From Octopus sinensis (lineage: Eukaryota), in NCBI RefSeq assembly GCF_006345805.1, contig NC_042998.1, forward strand, positions 74,772,001 through 74,836,000: a DNA stretch of 64,000 bases, given 5' to 3'. The position numbers and the translations under genes were made by a program. Below the pieces are notes generated by a model. It was not told where the DNA came from. It worked only from the letters and a program-made list of their open reading frames with translations, and did not search any database. How positions within the stretch are numbered: position 1 is the stretch's first letter; each line of letters begins with the position of its first letter. Below are positions 50,860 through 64,000 of this stretch, one piece after another.

Positions 50860-51295
50860 TCGAGCTGCAAGTAACTTTAGAAGACAAGAACCTTCCTAAG
50901 TATCTTAGCTATCCATAACAACAATCTTTTCTGGAGCTGCACTAAACTGGGTTTTACGCCTATTCTCTTTATCCATCTGTTCAGGTCTTTAGGAATAGTT
51001 CCTAGTGTACCTGTAGCTACAAGTATACAGTTTACCTGCACTTTCCATAGCCACTGTAACTCAATGTCTAGTTCCTGGTACTTTTCCGTTTTCTCTATAC
51101 CTCTCAAATTGGCTTTCTCATCATTTGAGACTGTAAAGTAAATTACCTGGCCTTTTCTATTCTCTTTGTCTACCACTACTTAATAAGACCTTCTAGCTTT
51201 TATCACATCGTCAGTGTGAATGTTAAAATCTCACAACATGTTATATTACTTTCTAGCTCTTTACTAGGTTCATGTTCATTCCATTTATCTCATTC
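50860..51295 (-). mobile_element. RLE domain fragment of a third R4/Dong-type family
   Basis: ORF 50877-51176 VDKENRKGQVIYFTVSND..EKTEKYQEL..LW..ILVATGTLGTIPKDL..LQKRLLL..KILRKVL. Confidence 0.85.
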
Positions 51296-51613
51296 TTTCT
51301 TCCTCTCATTCTTTCTTCCTACTTCTGCCATAAAGCAGAGGAAACTTGGTGTAACCCACTATGGTGTGGTAAACTTTCAGACTCTAGTCTAGATTGCGAA
51401 TCCTCTGTGCTTCAGGCTGGTTCAGCTCTCTCCACCCGTTAAAAGCCACCGTTTACGGAATGAGGATAATAACGTAGTTTTCGCGCCCGTGCAACCGCCA
51501 GTCTATCGCGTGTGGTGGGTGGATTTTCAAGGTGTCACACGCATTCTTAGTAGCTTAGAGTAGGCTCAAATTAGAGATTATTCTTTGGGGCTAATGGAAT
51601 GAGTCCTGACTGA

Positions 51614-51678
51614 AAGAAGAAGAAGAAGAAGAAGAAGAAGAAGAAAGAAGAAGAAGAAGAAGAAGAAGAAGAAGAAGA
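51614..51678. repeat. (GAA)n microsatellite
   Basis: Direct reading. Confidence 0.97.
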
Positions 51679-53939
51679 CAGCAGCTGTTGTGTCAGTTGT
51701 TGGTGATGCTGTATTGAGTCTTTGAACTGGCTATGGTCAAATGCTGGATTTAAACACTGTGAAATAATGTTTCATTCATAGATACACAATCATTGCATCT
51801 AATAATTGCTTTGCATGTAGAAATGATTATGGAATCCTCAACCATTTGCACAACTAGACAACGCGTATGTAATTCAAACAATTGGAATACTCACCATCGC
51901 AACCAACCGAGGATACATATATTCATTTAAGCATGCATTATGTCATATTACGTTGAATCTGTGTGTGTGTGTGTGTGTGTGTGTGCATAAACGATTTCGT
52001 ATATTTAAAGTTTCTTTGACTCATTCCCTCTTTTTTTCCTCCTCGTTCATTCTCTTTTCTTGCTGGCTGCAGCTTTCTGCCGTCATCTCTAACACCGTTA
52101 TTCGTCTTTTACAATAAGGATAATTCCTTTTATGGAATTATGTGGAACTGATATTTGACGATGTAGACCAGCAGTGGCTCTAGAATTGTTTGGTTTTCAG
52201 AATTGTAGAATAGTATCGTTTTGGAGTCACAGCATTTAGAAATATAAGTAAACTTAGCATCGTAACATTTATTGAATGTTATGTATATCGGTGTATATTT
52301 CTGTGTGTAATTGCGTGTGTGCAAACAAACGTCTCACCAAAGCATTGAATAATATTGTAATAAAGACTTTAGTTTATGTTCATTCCCTCGCCTGTTCTCT
52401 CTATTTTTTTTCATCTGTGATCTCTCTCTCTCACTTTCTACGTCTGCCTTTCATGTACAGTATCATGGGAGTGAAGAGAGTTATATAAACAGATAGATAG
52501 ACAGAGTGGTAAAGCGAGAGCCAAAAAGAGAGATAGATATTGAATAGAAAGTGAATTATTTTACTTTACCAACGCTCGTTTCAGAGAAATTGACTTGATG
52601 AGTTTTATTTCCGTTTGAAGTTTGATCTATATCTTAGAAAACATTTAATTTAGTTTCGATTCCCGTTCTTGTTAATGGGACTAAATTAACAAATTATTTT
52701 GGTTTTGTGCACTTAATGAACTCAATTCTTTTGACATGGCTTCCATTTTTACCTTGCTGACTAATTTTTAAAAATTAGTTTAGAAAATGAATTAGCAGTT
52801 CCTGAATTTAATTTCTTGTACATTTGTTAGCTTTGTGTTTTAATAGGGGCGCAAATATAATTATTTGCCTCGCGTATATGGTGTGTGTGTGTGTGTGTGT
52901 GGTGTGTGTGTGTGTGTGTGGCTTTAAAAGGAGCATATCAGAATAAGAGACCTTTCAAAATATATTCTATGCTGTAATTATTTATACTATATATTCGAGT
53001 TCTTACTCGAATGCATGGTATAAATAATAAAGTATAAATAAAGTATAAAGTATACATAGTATAAATAACAAAGGTGAGAAAATATAGATTAAAGCAACAT
53101 TAATATATTATTGATATTTAATTGAGTAGCTGTGAAAAGAGGAACAATGGTAAAATAGATTCTCATATGATTAAATTCAAAATCACGCTGCAACACGCAC
53201 ATTATTTTTAACTACTGAAAAATATGTCACTTTTCGTATCTGATGGTGATTGCTCTTACGATATTTTTTTGTTTGTTGCATATGGTATTCAGCTTCAGAT
53301 CATCACTGATCTGGTCGACTTTTCATAAAGACTTTATTGGATTTAACCATCTTGTCATTTTGTGTATCTAAAACTATTTTATTGAAAGTGCCCTTACCTT
53401 TGAAAAAATGTTGTGAGTTGAGGAAAATTTTGTTGTTATACCTGACAGAGTGGATAACCACTTAGAGGCTCCACTGAATTTATAATTCGTATAACTACAA
53501 ATAATGTGTTGAAACCAATTATTAAATTCTGTTTCTAATTGCTTTACATATGCAATTCAAAACATTTTATGTGTTAGTAGTCTTTTTTAACCGATTCCAT
53601 CAGGTTTAAACTAAATATGCAGTAAAACTGTGGTCATAGAGTACAATTTTGTTAGGGTTTTATCTGTTTGGGCTTTAATTTGAAATGCGTTAGAAATTAC
53701 AGCTAAACAATTGCTTTCCCTATTTCGTGACATATTTTGAATAAGATCCAATGCAAGTTAAATGGTAACCAGATAGAGCTCCCAAATGTTTCAGTAAATT
53801 GATATTGGTTCTCTATGAGGCTTAGCAGAGACTTTTGAAAATATAATCGATTGTAGCTAACGGGAGAAGCATATAAATATATTTCCCCTTGTGTAGCTGA
53901 TCTTTGAAATATAATTGTTATCATCAGAAGTCATTTCTT

Positions 53940-54880
53940 AAGACTTGTTTCACAGCTGTTCTAGCTTGAGGTAAGAATAAATTTTCACGTAAATATCAAG
54001 AGAATTCTTTGTTGGTTTAATGTTGTTGAGATAGAATGGTTTGCCAAACTACGTGAACAAAGAAATGTTAAGGAAGTATTTTCATTAGTTAAGACATCTA
54101 TATAATCATCTCTACCTTTTACCGTGCTGACTAAACACATTACAGCCACTAATATGGACTCGTCCACAAACACTATAACCGTAATACTGCCACTGCCAAT
54201 ATTATCTTTCTCACTATTTATAAGAGTTTCCCTCAACATAGCAATTACTTCTTAACTAGCAGAACAATGCATACATTTCCCTGCAAATTCCAGTTACACC
54301 AAGTGAGAAGAACATCAAGACCGAATATAAGTTACAAGACATTTTAGAATTAGACTATATTTTAATTCTAAACCTTGCTTGTAGAAGCTATTCTCCTAAT
54401 TTCTGAAGTATTAATTAACCGATGACATCGCTTGTAACATTTTCTCTACGAACTCACGCATACAAGAGCTAAAACTACATTTCATAGACAAACTCTTCCC
54501 TTCAGTACCAGAAAATACTTTGGTTCTTAACTGTTGCAGATTCTGTACAAATATAAAGTGAGACTCAGGAATAAATAAAGCTTCGATGCATTGGTTTGAA
54601 TTACTGTTACAGAATGACTGCAAAAGAAAGTTACGTAACTGATTGGCAGTAAGCCACTCACCAGTACAATTCAGTTATTCTCCTAAATTGACTTTTTTAC
54701 ACGGCTACTACCTCCTCTGCTCTCATAGCAAGATGTATGATACCGCTACAAAAATACCACTGACTGCTATATTCTCCTTTATTTAGTACAAGTCTCCGTG
54801 TCCCGTCCTACATACTACGTTTCCTAGTTTCCTTATCTTTACTCTCTAGATCTGTTAACCTCTGCTATTTCCTCCATAAG
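53940..54880 (-). pseudogene. Possible very old RTE-type LINE RT relic
   Basis: ORF 53985-54239 IGSGSITVIVFVDESILVA...LTFLCS resembles IGGRxIxNLRFADDIVLxA...FxYLGS. Confidence 0.4.
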
Positions 54881-54924
54881 CAAGTTTCTCCAGCAGTCAT
54901 CTACTAAATGCCAATCAGACATAT

Positions 54925-56019
54925 GGCAACGAAAATGTTTTGCAGCTGCGACAATCTCCGCGTTTTTGATTTTGCGTGTCGCACACACGATGCAGGTCTT
55001 CAAACTGTTGACACTCGAATGTGGTGAAGTATTGGTCCTTGCTTGAAGTACGCCCCATAAAAAGTAATCGAGAAGGTTGAGATCTGGGATATTACTGGGC
55101 CAGATTTTAACGCTCACAAAAAATGGTATTTTGACCCATTGCATGGTGCAGAATCCTGGATAAACACCACATTATCAAGCCCAGACTTCTGCTCTATCCG
55201 AGATGACAACGTGCTTCAGGATGTCCAGATACTCATTTGTGACGATCTTCAAGCCAGACGCAATGAAATGTGGATCCATAACACTTGCATCACTCACCAC
55301 GGTTCCAGATACCACCACAGAGGCAGCAATCGTAGTCTCAAACACAGTGGGGGGTGTCAGAAGGGTTGTATGCAATCACAAGAGAATTTCTGCGATTCCC
55401 TTCAGCATCCACTATGAACTGCTTCTCGTCTAAAAGCACGTAGTTTTTCCTGCACCCTGATGCTTGGTGAATGACATAATCTTTGGGTATCTCTTGGCTC
55501 TCTTTGGGTATCTCTTGGCTTTGGCTGTTAGGCAGTGACGGTGTCGTCAAACATAGCTAGTCATGTCAAGGTTCTTGTTCACAGTTGTGGATACCATGGA
55601 AAGGACACATTGCATTTCTTTGCAAGGGTTGTCATGAATGTGTATAGGTTGGCTTCAATCGAGCGTTTGAGGTAAGCGAAAAACTTTGGATTGCGCTTGG
55701 AATCACTTCGAGTCTTGTGTTCTTTTATATTAATCTTTCCCTCTTCTTTAAATTATTTATATACGCGATAAATCGTTGCTTTTGGAAATTTCGTCAACTT
55801 AACAATTCTATTGGAAGTGTGCTCAGCGCCCGCCAAAACAACAATGGCGGACGATTCTGTTATTCCATGACTTTCTGTTATCGAATCAGTTCGCTATTTA
55901 ACTGAAAATAAAGAGGACAATTTGGATTCTCAAGCAAGCGAGGTTTTATAAAAGAATGAAATGTTAAACCCACTAAGTTAACTGCTTAAAATTGGTCTCA
56001 ATTTATCTGCAAGACCCTG
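54925..56019 (-). mobile_element. Decayed Tc1/mariner-superfamily transposon (maT-like)
   Basis: VVVSGTVVSDASVMDPHFIASGLKIVTNEYLDILKHVV; IWPSNIPDLNLLDYFLWGVLQ (WPxxSPDLNPxDY). 5' TIR on the reverse complement is TA-cagggtcttgcagataaattg. Confidence 0.85.
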
Positions 56020-56678
56020 TATGCATACCTAGTTGGCAAATATAATTAACAATTCTAACTTCGACAACATATGCATTTATATGAAATCATCTAGGTGCCA
56101 ATATTGCGTTGAAGATGTAATACGAAACTCGTTTTAACAGATTAAGAATATATATTCTCTTTTTTTTCTACCAGGTAATGTGCACTTTTTATAAAGTTAT
56201 ACTAAAAAGGAAACATCAGAGGTTAACATACTCTAAACTCGTTTTCATCAAGACATTTTTTGGAAAATATTAATTTGTCCTTATACATAGATGTAGTACT
56301 TAAACCTGAATCTGTCATATAGATTATATAAGTAATTTATGTATACATCTTATACATGAACATTTCCCAAAAGGAACTGTTCAAGAGTGATTCTGCATGT
56401 ACTTCTTTGTGTGACGTCATCCTGTCATTACCCATCACGATCGATATTGCAATATACAGTTAAAGAGTTCTATAAAGATGAAAGAAACGACGTCGGTGAA
56501 TTATCAATTAGATTCTTTCGATAAGATATAGACAATATTCTTTATTGATCATATAACTTGAAAGAAATATTTCCCTATCATTATATATATATATATATAT
56601 TAAGCATATAAAATAATATTCGCATATATATACGTATATGTGTGTGTATGCATGTGTGTGCGCGTGTTCATTCATAAC

Positions 56679-56710
<32 letters not shown>

Positions 56711-57299
56711 TATATATATATGAATGCATGTATTTATGTGTAAATCTATTCATATATATAAACATTCGTATATAAATACTTAGCTACATATTGAATATAA
56801 TTATTTATTCATGATATAAATTTTTATGTCATATATATATGTATATATAAATAATATATTTAATATATAATTATTATATATAATATATGTAAATATATAT
56901 ACATATATTATATAAATTTATATTATATATATAACTATAATATATATATAAACATATGAAAAAAATCTACACATATATAATAATAAGTGCGTGTAGTGTA
57001 ATTATATGCACATACAAACACAAAAAACATACACACACACATTGAAATAATGTTTGTTAATGCCTTTATGAAAGCATCTAAATTAGACAACCATTACTTG
57101 TTCTGAATTATAAACCGAGGCTTTGTTCCAGAACATTAGAATCATTTAGGAAATTAATCAACTGCAGGCAATATTTCATCGATCATTTTACAGATGTGTC
57201 ATCGTTATTTTTGAAAGTGAAATATTGCTATCATACATCAGTAATTTCTATTTATTGATTCGTGCAGTAGGATTAAAACCTTAGATTTACAGAAGAGAA

Positions 57300-58900
57300 A
57301 TAACATTTCTGACAAGAGTTGTAGATGTAAGTGAACTAGAGTAGCTCCATGTCACAATGTAAACCAAGTTGCAGAACCAGTTCGCTGCTAATTCACCTCT
57401 CATATACACTATCGTAGATCTAGATGTTTCGTGTGGATAATTACAAAGCCACGACTGTGTTAGAAGCTTATAGCCAAGTTTACCAACCAAGAAGCACTAT
57501 TCTTCATTCTCTTTCTCACTTAAACCAGATAATTGTAACTTCCTTCTCACAATATTAATCTATTTTTCATTTCAAAACCTATGTCACCTTCAAGATCATA
57601 TGTTCACTAACAGAATGTCAATTTTCTTTCCATTGAAAATATTATATAAATGAAGATAGTTCCATGTGGTCTTTAGACCTTTTCACTTCATATCATTCAA
57701 AACAAGTGCCACAAATGTATTATGTATAACATTACCACCAACAATACTTATTTCATTCATATGAAAGAAGCCACTTGGGGAAAAATTGTGAAATCGTATA
57801 CGAACACTGCAGTTCATATTCTTCCGAAGCTTTAATATTGCGTTTAAATAATTCACCAATATGTAATCATATTAAGCTTTCCTCTGTGTAATATTTCAAT
57901 CAAATATATTTCTTGATTTCTGGACTTTGCACATTTAGCATATAACAAATTTGACGGTCCTGTAAATTTGGTAATCTTGAAGATAAAAGGTTCTTATTCA
58001 GAATGTTGTTGACAATGCTCTTATACAATTTATCCTGCCTAAAAAGAAATGCCTATCACCGTTGTCGCATACGTCGTGGCATTTGCACATGTATTATTTA
58101 AATGTTCGTATGCATAAAGAGTAGCATACGGTTACACACATTTCAAATCAGTACGTATATCACTTAGCAGTGTCATAAGTCAATCAGAATAACCAAGGGA
58201 AACTGATTACATCCACTGATCTCCAGGAAATCGCAAAAAACTTTGAACAAAGACGTTTGCCACAGGATAATTGGATAACCTTGGTTAAATTGGTCATAAA
58301 TTTGTTTTTCATTTTATGATATATTTATAATGTTTCTGAGCACCACCCCTCCACATATTTACGTCTCTTTTGACTTCAGACAACCAGTTCTTGTCGTATT
58401 ACTTAGGCTACCCTAAAGCAAAGATAGTGACAGGTGGTACACAGCGACTGTTCTCACTAAACGTGTCTTTTGTTTCCATCTTCCATTTCCTTAAAATTAA
58501 CTATCTTCTTTCTATGAACACACTAGAGATTCTATTCCAACCACTCCATTCTCCTCCATTATGCAATGAAGACACCAACCAACTTTTATTTCTTCCACAG
58601 AGCCTTACCTTAATGTTGAGGTTCTCACAGACAAATATCCCTTTACATCTGGTGCATCTGAGATTTCTCACAATTCTCACAGCTCTAAGAGACACTGTCT
58701 TTCACTCGAAGAAATATTTAACATATTGTAGCCATTCGTACATATCCCAGACATCTCAAGTCTATCATACTCACTGGATGTCCATTACTGAAAACAACCT
58801 TCACAATAAATTGCTGTGTTATTTCTGTCTTTTACTGCTATAGAATCTTTAAAACGCTTTTACACTAGCCAAGTATACAATACACATATGCAAACCCAAG
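57300..58900 (-). pseudogene. Possible very old APE/RT LINE relic (RTE-like)
   Basis: IFVCENLNIKV (GDFNAKV-like) near 58620 and WFCNLV (FxYLG-like) near 57370, in the expected order on the minus strand. Confidence 0.35.
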
Positions 58901-60099
58901 AGATCCGTCTTCTACTTTTGTTCGATACTTCTACTGTGTCTCAGGCTCAAATCCAGTATCTCTCTCACACACACACAAAATCATGCTCGTAACTTCATCA
59001 TCATGTACAGGTCTTCTTACAAATACAGTCACAGAGTAATTTCTTTTGAACGCAAATCCCAATGGAGCCAGTATTCGAAAAGCGCTTTTTAATGGAATAA
59101 CATTCCTGTTTCTTTCTGAAATGAAATATGTCATTTTTCCTCCTGTAGATATCTATCATTGTTCATTCCTTCCAATTTGTGATCTTGAGACTCGTTAAAG
59201 TTTTTCTATGTAGAATATTTTGATATTTTCTCTTTTGAACAATCTTCTTTAAATTTCATTAATCTTTTTATTTGTCCTTTCAGACTTCTTTTCTAGAAAA
59301 CCTCAGCCTCTAATGTTTCCTAATATTTATATAACAATTACTGCCCTTCAACGTTGGTAATCAGAATCACTGTTATTATCAACTTCTATCCTTAATCGTT
59401 CATGCCGACAAAAAAAATCCGTTTTACATTTTCCCTTAAAGGTTTTTTTCTCGTTAACTCTTCTTGATACTTTCTGATTCCTTCCTAATTAATCTCTCTT
59501 CTTCGTCTCATATACTTAATTCACATAAAACTTGTTAACTGTCTTTTATTTTTACGTTTCCTCTCTGTCACAATAGGTTTTCTTACAACTAAAATTTATG
59601 TTTCTCTGAATTGTCATTATTCTTTTATTCTTTTACTTGTTTCAGTCATTTTACCGCAGCCATGGTGGAGTACTGCCTTGAAAATTATTCGAGATTCCTC
59701 AATATTATAACGGTTGTTATATTCTCTGCTTCATCCCTACTCTTTTTTCCAGCTATTTTAACAGCTAAAGGATATTCGGGATGAACTTCACGATTTTTAT
59801 ATCGCATTTGTTCAGGAACAGATTGACGCATTGGTTAAAAGTGAACGGTGTTAGAGAGCATAAATATTTAAGTTGTCGTTGAGAAAATTTATCTGACATG
59901 GAGGATCAGAAGCCATCTCTATATTGGGAAAGAGTTACCTGTATCATGATAGTTCGCCCCGGGTATCCACTTGCCAACTTCATCACTGCTGCTTAATGCT
60001 CTGTAAACAATGTAAAGGCGTGACATGGACAACTGGAAGAGAAACCATAAAACCGAGATCAGCAGAAAGGGACACTGCAGGTATTCTGAGAGCCCTCGC

Positions 60100-60654
60100 A
60101 CGCCGAGATTCATCCCCACAAAATTGCACTGGGCCTTCGGCTTACTTCAGGTGACTATGTGAAACTGCTCGAGACTGTAACTGGTGAGGGTCACTGCTGG
60201 AAGGCCCTATGTGTGGTAGCAGAGTTCGGCTCCATGCCATAACCCGGAAAGAGTCAAAAGTGGTTATCAGAGCATTTCTATGACTTCACCAGCATAAATT
60301 TCGGGCTTCCTGGTTCCCCTGATTGTAATCTCATGGATTACTTTGTGTGGATGTGCGAGGCGCGGTTGAAAATGACACCAACCACTCTACTTGCAAACTA
60401 GGGCTTGGCTGATCATTAAAATTAAGGAGGAGTTCGAAGATCTTGCCAGGTGCATAGTGATAAACGCAAGCGCCAGCTTCTGGAGCCAACTTGAGGACTT
60501 AGTAAAATATTAAGGTGGCTACATTGAATAAACTACTATCTCCAAGCCATAGCCTACTTGATAATTTTCATTTTTTAAAGTATTTTAATTTTTGGATGGG
60601 ATACTGTGATTTCGTTTCCTATTATGCAAACCGCCAAATTTATCTCGAACACTG
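60100..60654 (+). mobile_element. 3' half of a maT-like Tc1/mariner transposon
   Basis: DYVKLLETV..TAGRPYVW*QSSAPCH..QKWLSEHFYDFTS..PGSPDCNLMDYFVW. 3' TIR aaatttatctcgaacactg-TA resembles the TIR at 56000-56019. Confidence 0.85.
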
Positions 60655-60989
60655 TAGATCTAACTGTATTTTCTATGTACCTCCTCGGTTCCAGATTTTA
60701 ATAATTCGTAAATGTTAAAGTCGTCCAATGTACAGCAGATGGTTGTGACACTGCTTACTACACTGGTGTGTAATATTGAGGGGAACATTGCTGCCATACA
60801 TAGTAGGCCCAGCTTTATAATATGTGTGTTATAGATATGTAAATATATGTTGTTGTATTTCTGGATGGTCATTTTCTTTTCTTTTTTGACAAATAAACAC
60901 ACACAAAAAAGAAAAAAAATGACCATCTCGAAATACAACAATATCTGTTTCAAAACACGATTTCACATCAAGAATCTTGCAAAACGAAT

Positions 60990-61315
<326 letters not shown>

Positions 61316-62630
61316 CGTGTTGTGTTATATAGTGTTTTGTGCTGAATTTGTAGTGAAAATGTGTACTGAGTATGAAGAACTATTAAATTGTAAGTGTCGT
61401 TATACGTCGATTGTATGTAGTGCAATCTTCAAAATGTACGCCTGCAAAAATAAAAGTAATTATGTCACGAGAGAGAGAAAGAGAGAGAGGGAGAAATATT
61501 CCTAAATGAGAAATAGTGTAAATAAAAACACCATATGAAGCAGATATTACGCCGGGGCCACGTTATTAACAGATGTTTGGATGATTCGAACTGAGAATCA
61601 TTTGAATGAAATGCATTTAAATATGTGTACGCAAAATATCAATGAAACCACGTTATATTACTTTAGTGGTTATTTCTGATCGAAACTTTCATTGTTCTTT
61701 TCTAAACTTGACACGACACACTAGCTTCCTGTTTATTATTTTAGTGAATAAACTCTTGTTTTTGAGACCAATACCAATCTTCTCTAATTTCAATGATAAT
61801 CTCCAACAAGTGTAACGATTTCTTTCCAAACTATGATACGACAGTGGTTAAGAACTGTATTATCGAATATATATTTTTAAAGAAGTATTTGAAATGTACA
61901 CATGATTGCAAAAGAGTGGATATTTATGAATGTAGAAACTATATCAGTAAAAGAATAATAAATAATTGATAAAAAATATATATATAAAACCCCCCCCAAA
62001 AAAAACAAAATCCAAAATCAAGAGCAACTCGGAAATTTGGCCAATTTTGTTCCGTTGATTATTTTAGAAGATTGTTTATGTCAGAATTTTTCCTTCTGTA
62101 TAGGAATTATCTGCAGAATTCTTTCATCGTTTTTCCTATATAAAAAAAAATGCTATAAAACAGTATATAAAAAAAAAAACAGAAAGAAACTTTTAGAGGC
62201 AATATGAATACAAAAGATTTCGATTGTTTATCTTCAAATCGATAAATCCGTTGAGAAATAATCTTGCGAATAAAAAGAAAACAAGTGAATGACCGCCGTT
62301 ATGAATACACAATGATATAAAAACCAATGGAGAGGAGAAGAGCAGCAATTTTCAGGAAACATATCATTTCGCTGTGAACAATATGCGTATAGACTAACAG
62401 TTCAGAGGAGAAGAGAGTGCTTATATACATTTACTATCAGTGATAATCTATATATTTTTCGATATAATTATTTTTCTATCTATCCCAGTCTGACAGTCTG
62501 CCTGCTCGCTAGTCAAGATTTATATTCACGTCTGTACATTCTGTACATTACGTTTCCTGTTAAATTATTAATATATCGATTTACCAAGCACAAAACGACT
62601 TATATTACTTCATTACACACACACACACAC

Positions 62631-62688
<58 letters not shown>

Positions 62689-62867
62689 CATGCACATGAA
62701 GGAGAGGGATGACAGTAACTCCGAAGTACCATTGCACTAGCCGTTGTCAGACAGTCGAATGAAGTCTAGTAAGGTGAAAATTTCGAAGTTATTCAACCTT
62801 TTCATGTTAAATTAATAAATGTGGTACTCTACTATAACGCTCAAGTATTTTATATGTATATACATAC

Positions 62868-62898
<31 letters not shown>

Positions 62899-63039
62899 AA
62901 TATATATAAATATATATATATACATATATATATATACACACATGTACGTGCATGCGCATTGTTTGTTTTTGATTTTATCGACTACACAGTATAGTAGGAT
63001 CAGTTGGGTACCGTCTGTGAGAAACAACAGCACCATGAT

Positions 63040-63712
63040 GCACTTTGTCAGAAACTTGGAAACGACATGCTGTACTACTTGGCATTCGCGGCGGAAGCTC
63101 CAGTACGAGCATTTCAGAGTATTTGGGAGTCAATCCGAGGAGAGTGCAGAGGATTTGGAAAGAGTTGGATGAATCGAGTTGTGATTACGATGGTACGACA
63201 GCTCGGAAAACTCACTGTGATCGTTCTAGTAACCAAAGAACTCCTGAATATTTTGGTGAGATCCAGGCTATGATTGACAACGGTCCCTCCAAGTCAATCA
63301 GGTCCATCGCCAGGAACATAGAAGTGTCTGTTTCCTATCATACGAGGTGAGACATGGCCAAGTTTTATCCCAAGCCATCAAAGGCAAGAGGAAAGACCGC
63401 GCTAAGAAACTTTTGAACAAAGTTAAGCTTACCCTCCACCTGAACATGCTTTGGTTCTCCCAAGACCAGATGGTGAACACACAGAACAACCGTTGGCCAG
63501 CAGTGTCCGCAAAACATGTACCGATAGTGATAAAAATCAAACATCCAGTGAACATCATGGTGTTTGGAGTGATCACTAGTGATGACGACGTTATACTTCC
63601 ATTCATCTTCCCATATGGCCTCAGACTCAACACGGAGGCCTACATCAAGTACCTGGAGGAGGCAGTGCTGCTTCCTAGCAAGAGGGTGGCTGCCGGAAGA
63701 CCCTATGTCTTT
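63040..63712 (+). mobile_element. Frameshifted maT-like Tc1/mariner transposase pseudogene (N-terminal and central part)
   Basis: HTH-like ISEYLGVNPRRVQRIWK; PSKSIRSIARNIEVS; QNNRW..KHPVNIMVFGVITSDDDVILPFIFPYGLRLNTEAYIKYLE..AAGRPYV. Confidence 0.85.
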
Positions 63713-64000
63713 GGTGACATTTTTGCGATGTCTTTGCAGCTTTAACAATAAAGCATATTACCCTGCCTCCAGTATTCGAGTACTATTTTCCCCACCTTGT
63801 TTCACATTTATGTGCTTACTCTAGTATAGATAGATATACAAATAAATACATACACACATACATACATTCATGCATATATACACACATATACATACACAAA
63901 CATATGTAGGTACTAATTTAGTTTCCCATATAACTATACTATAAGCTTCCTTTTATATCTTCAGACTTCTCCTAGTTGCCTGGCTCAGGAATTTCATTAA

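Noticed and set aside
51525-51613. Possible HDV-like ribozyme on the minus strand (P1-like ggactca/tgagcct)
   Set aside because: I could not build compatible P2, P3 and P1.1 elements.
58370-58843. 157-aa plus-strand ORF; also 7989-8417
   Set aside because: No recognisable domain and a non-ATG start; the first is probably antisense to a decayed LINE.

Overview
AT-rich eukaryotic DNA saturated with microsatellites and transposons. The SINE repertoire, R4/Dong LINEs and (TA)n/(TACA)n density suggest an octopus (coleoid cephalopod) intron or intergenic region; this is an inference. No intact host gene is visible, and nearly all listed ORFs are microsatellite artefacts or antisense frames. Recognisable elements: R4/Dong-type RLE retrotransposon fragments inserted in microsatellites, L2/CR1 and RTE relics, tRNA-derived SINEs, Tc1/mariner and hAT fragments and MITEs, non-autonomous Helitrons, and a Merlin (IS1595-like) element with very long tandem-repeat TIRs. 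The main hidden signal is RNA structure. About ten minimal type I hammerhead ribozyme motifs from several unrelated sequence families occur on both strands, each with a palindromic or near-palindromic stem III as in Penelope-like retroelements. Two loci (17.3 kb, 33.2 kb) are foldbacks with one hammerhead per arm pointing outward, and a third (15.3 kb) keeps two half-hammerheads. One copy (35.8 kb) has a compensatory G3:C8 catalytic core. All structures were folded by eye and activity is untested.
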